Shown: positions 31,929 through 32,000 of the stretch, piece after piece
How the letters are laid out: each line of letters starts with the position of its first letter
Numbering within the stretch: position 1 is the first letter of the stretch
NCBI RefSeq assembly: GCF_002075285.3
Contig: NZ_CP021983.2
Span: 4,200,001 to 4,232,000, forward strand
DNA: 32,000 nt
Source: Halomicronema hongdechloris C2206
GTDB lineage: Bacteria; Cyanobacteriota; Cyanobacteriia; Phormidesmidales; Phormidesmidaceae
Direction of reading: 5' to 3'
Position numbers and translations under genes: made by a program
Notes under the pieces: model-generated
Databases searched by the model: none
The model's input: the letters and a program-made list of their open reading frames with translations, nothing else
What the model was told of the DNA's origin: nothing

Positions 31929-32000
31929 CGGTTGCGTAGACGAGTTTGAGACGGGTAGGAGACTCTCCGTCTCTCTCGGGTCCTGGTTCATCGGGGTAGT

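Noticed and set aside
31948-31973. Hairpin GAGACGG..CCGTCTC after psaB as a terminator
   Set aside because: It has a 7-bp stem with a 12-nt loop and no U tract. The window ends 27 nt later, so the context is incomplete.

Overview
High-GC cyanobacterial chromosome: at least 13 exact HIP1 octamers (GCGATCGC), a psaA-psaB operon, ppsA and an AmiC-type amidase. The most interesting part is nt 1-9323. It looks like the distal end of a phage-tail-like / extracellular contractile injection system (eCIS-type) locus. It holds a 5'-truncated P2 gpI-like baseplate protein, a roughly 1240-aa DUF6519-like / beta-helix fibre-like gene (now split into three ORFs at two homopolymer runs), a coiled-coil plus beta-sandwich protein ending in an OmpA-type peptidoglycan-binding domain, and a low-GC DUF4157 (HExxH) protein with an unassigned ~385-aa C-terminal cargo-like domain. 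The rest is mostly ordinary: an OppF-like ABC ATPase, an alpha/beta hydrolase, a quinone oxidoreductase, a polytopic membrane protein next to DUF2330, a LivJ-like binding protein, an HTTM/VKGC-like protein, and one intact IS5-family element with target duplication. There is also a decayed IS903-like remnant beside a small low-GC islet. Three cross-cutting signals stand out. (i) C-rich heptamer/octamer tandem-repeat blocks sit on the sense strand just upstream of several start codons. (ii) Five frame breaks all fall in short homopolymer runs, so sequencing indels are likely. (iii) A two-hairpin sRNA-like unit with a strong intrinsic terminator lies between two minus-strand genes. All family calls come from motif recognition by eye and from memory; no searches were run.
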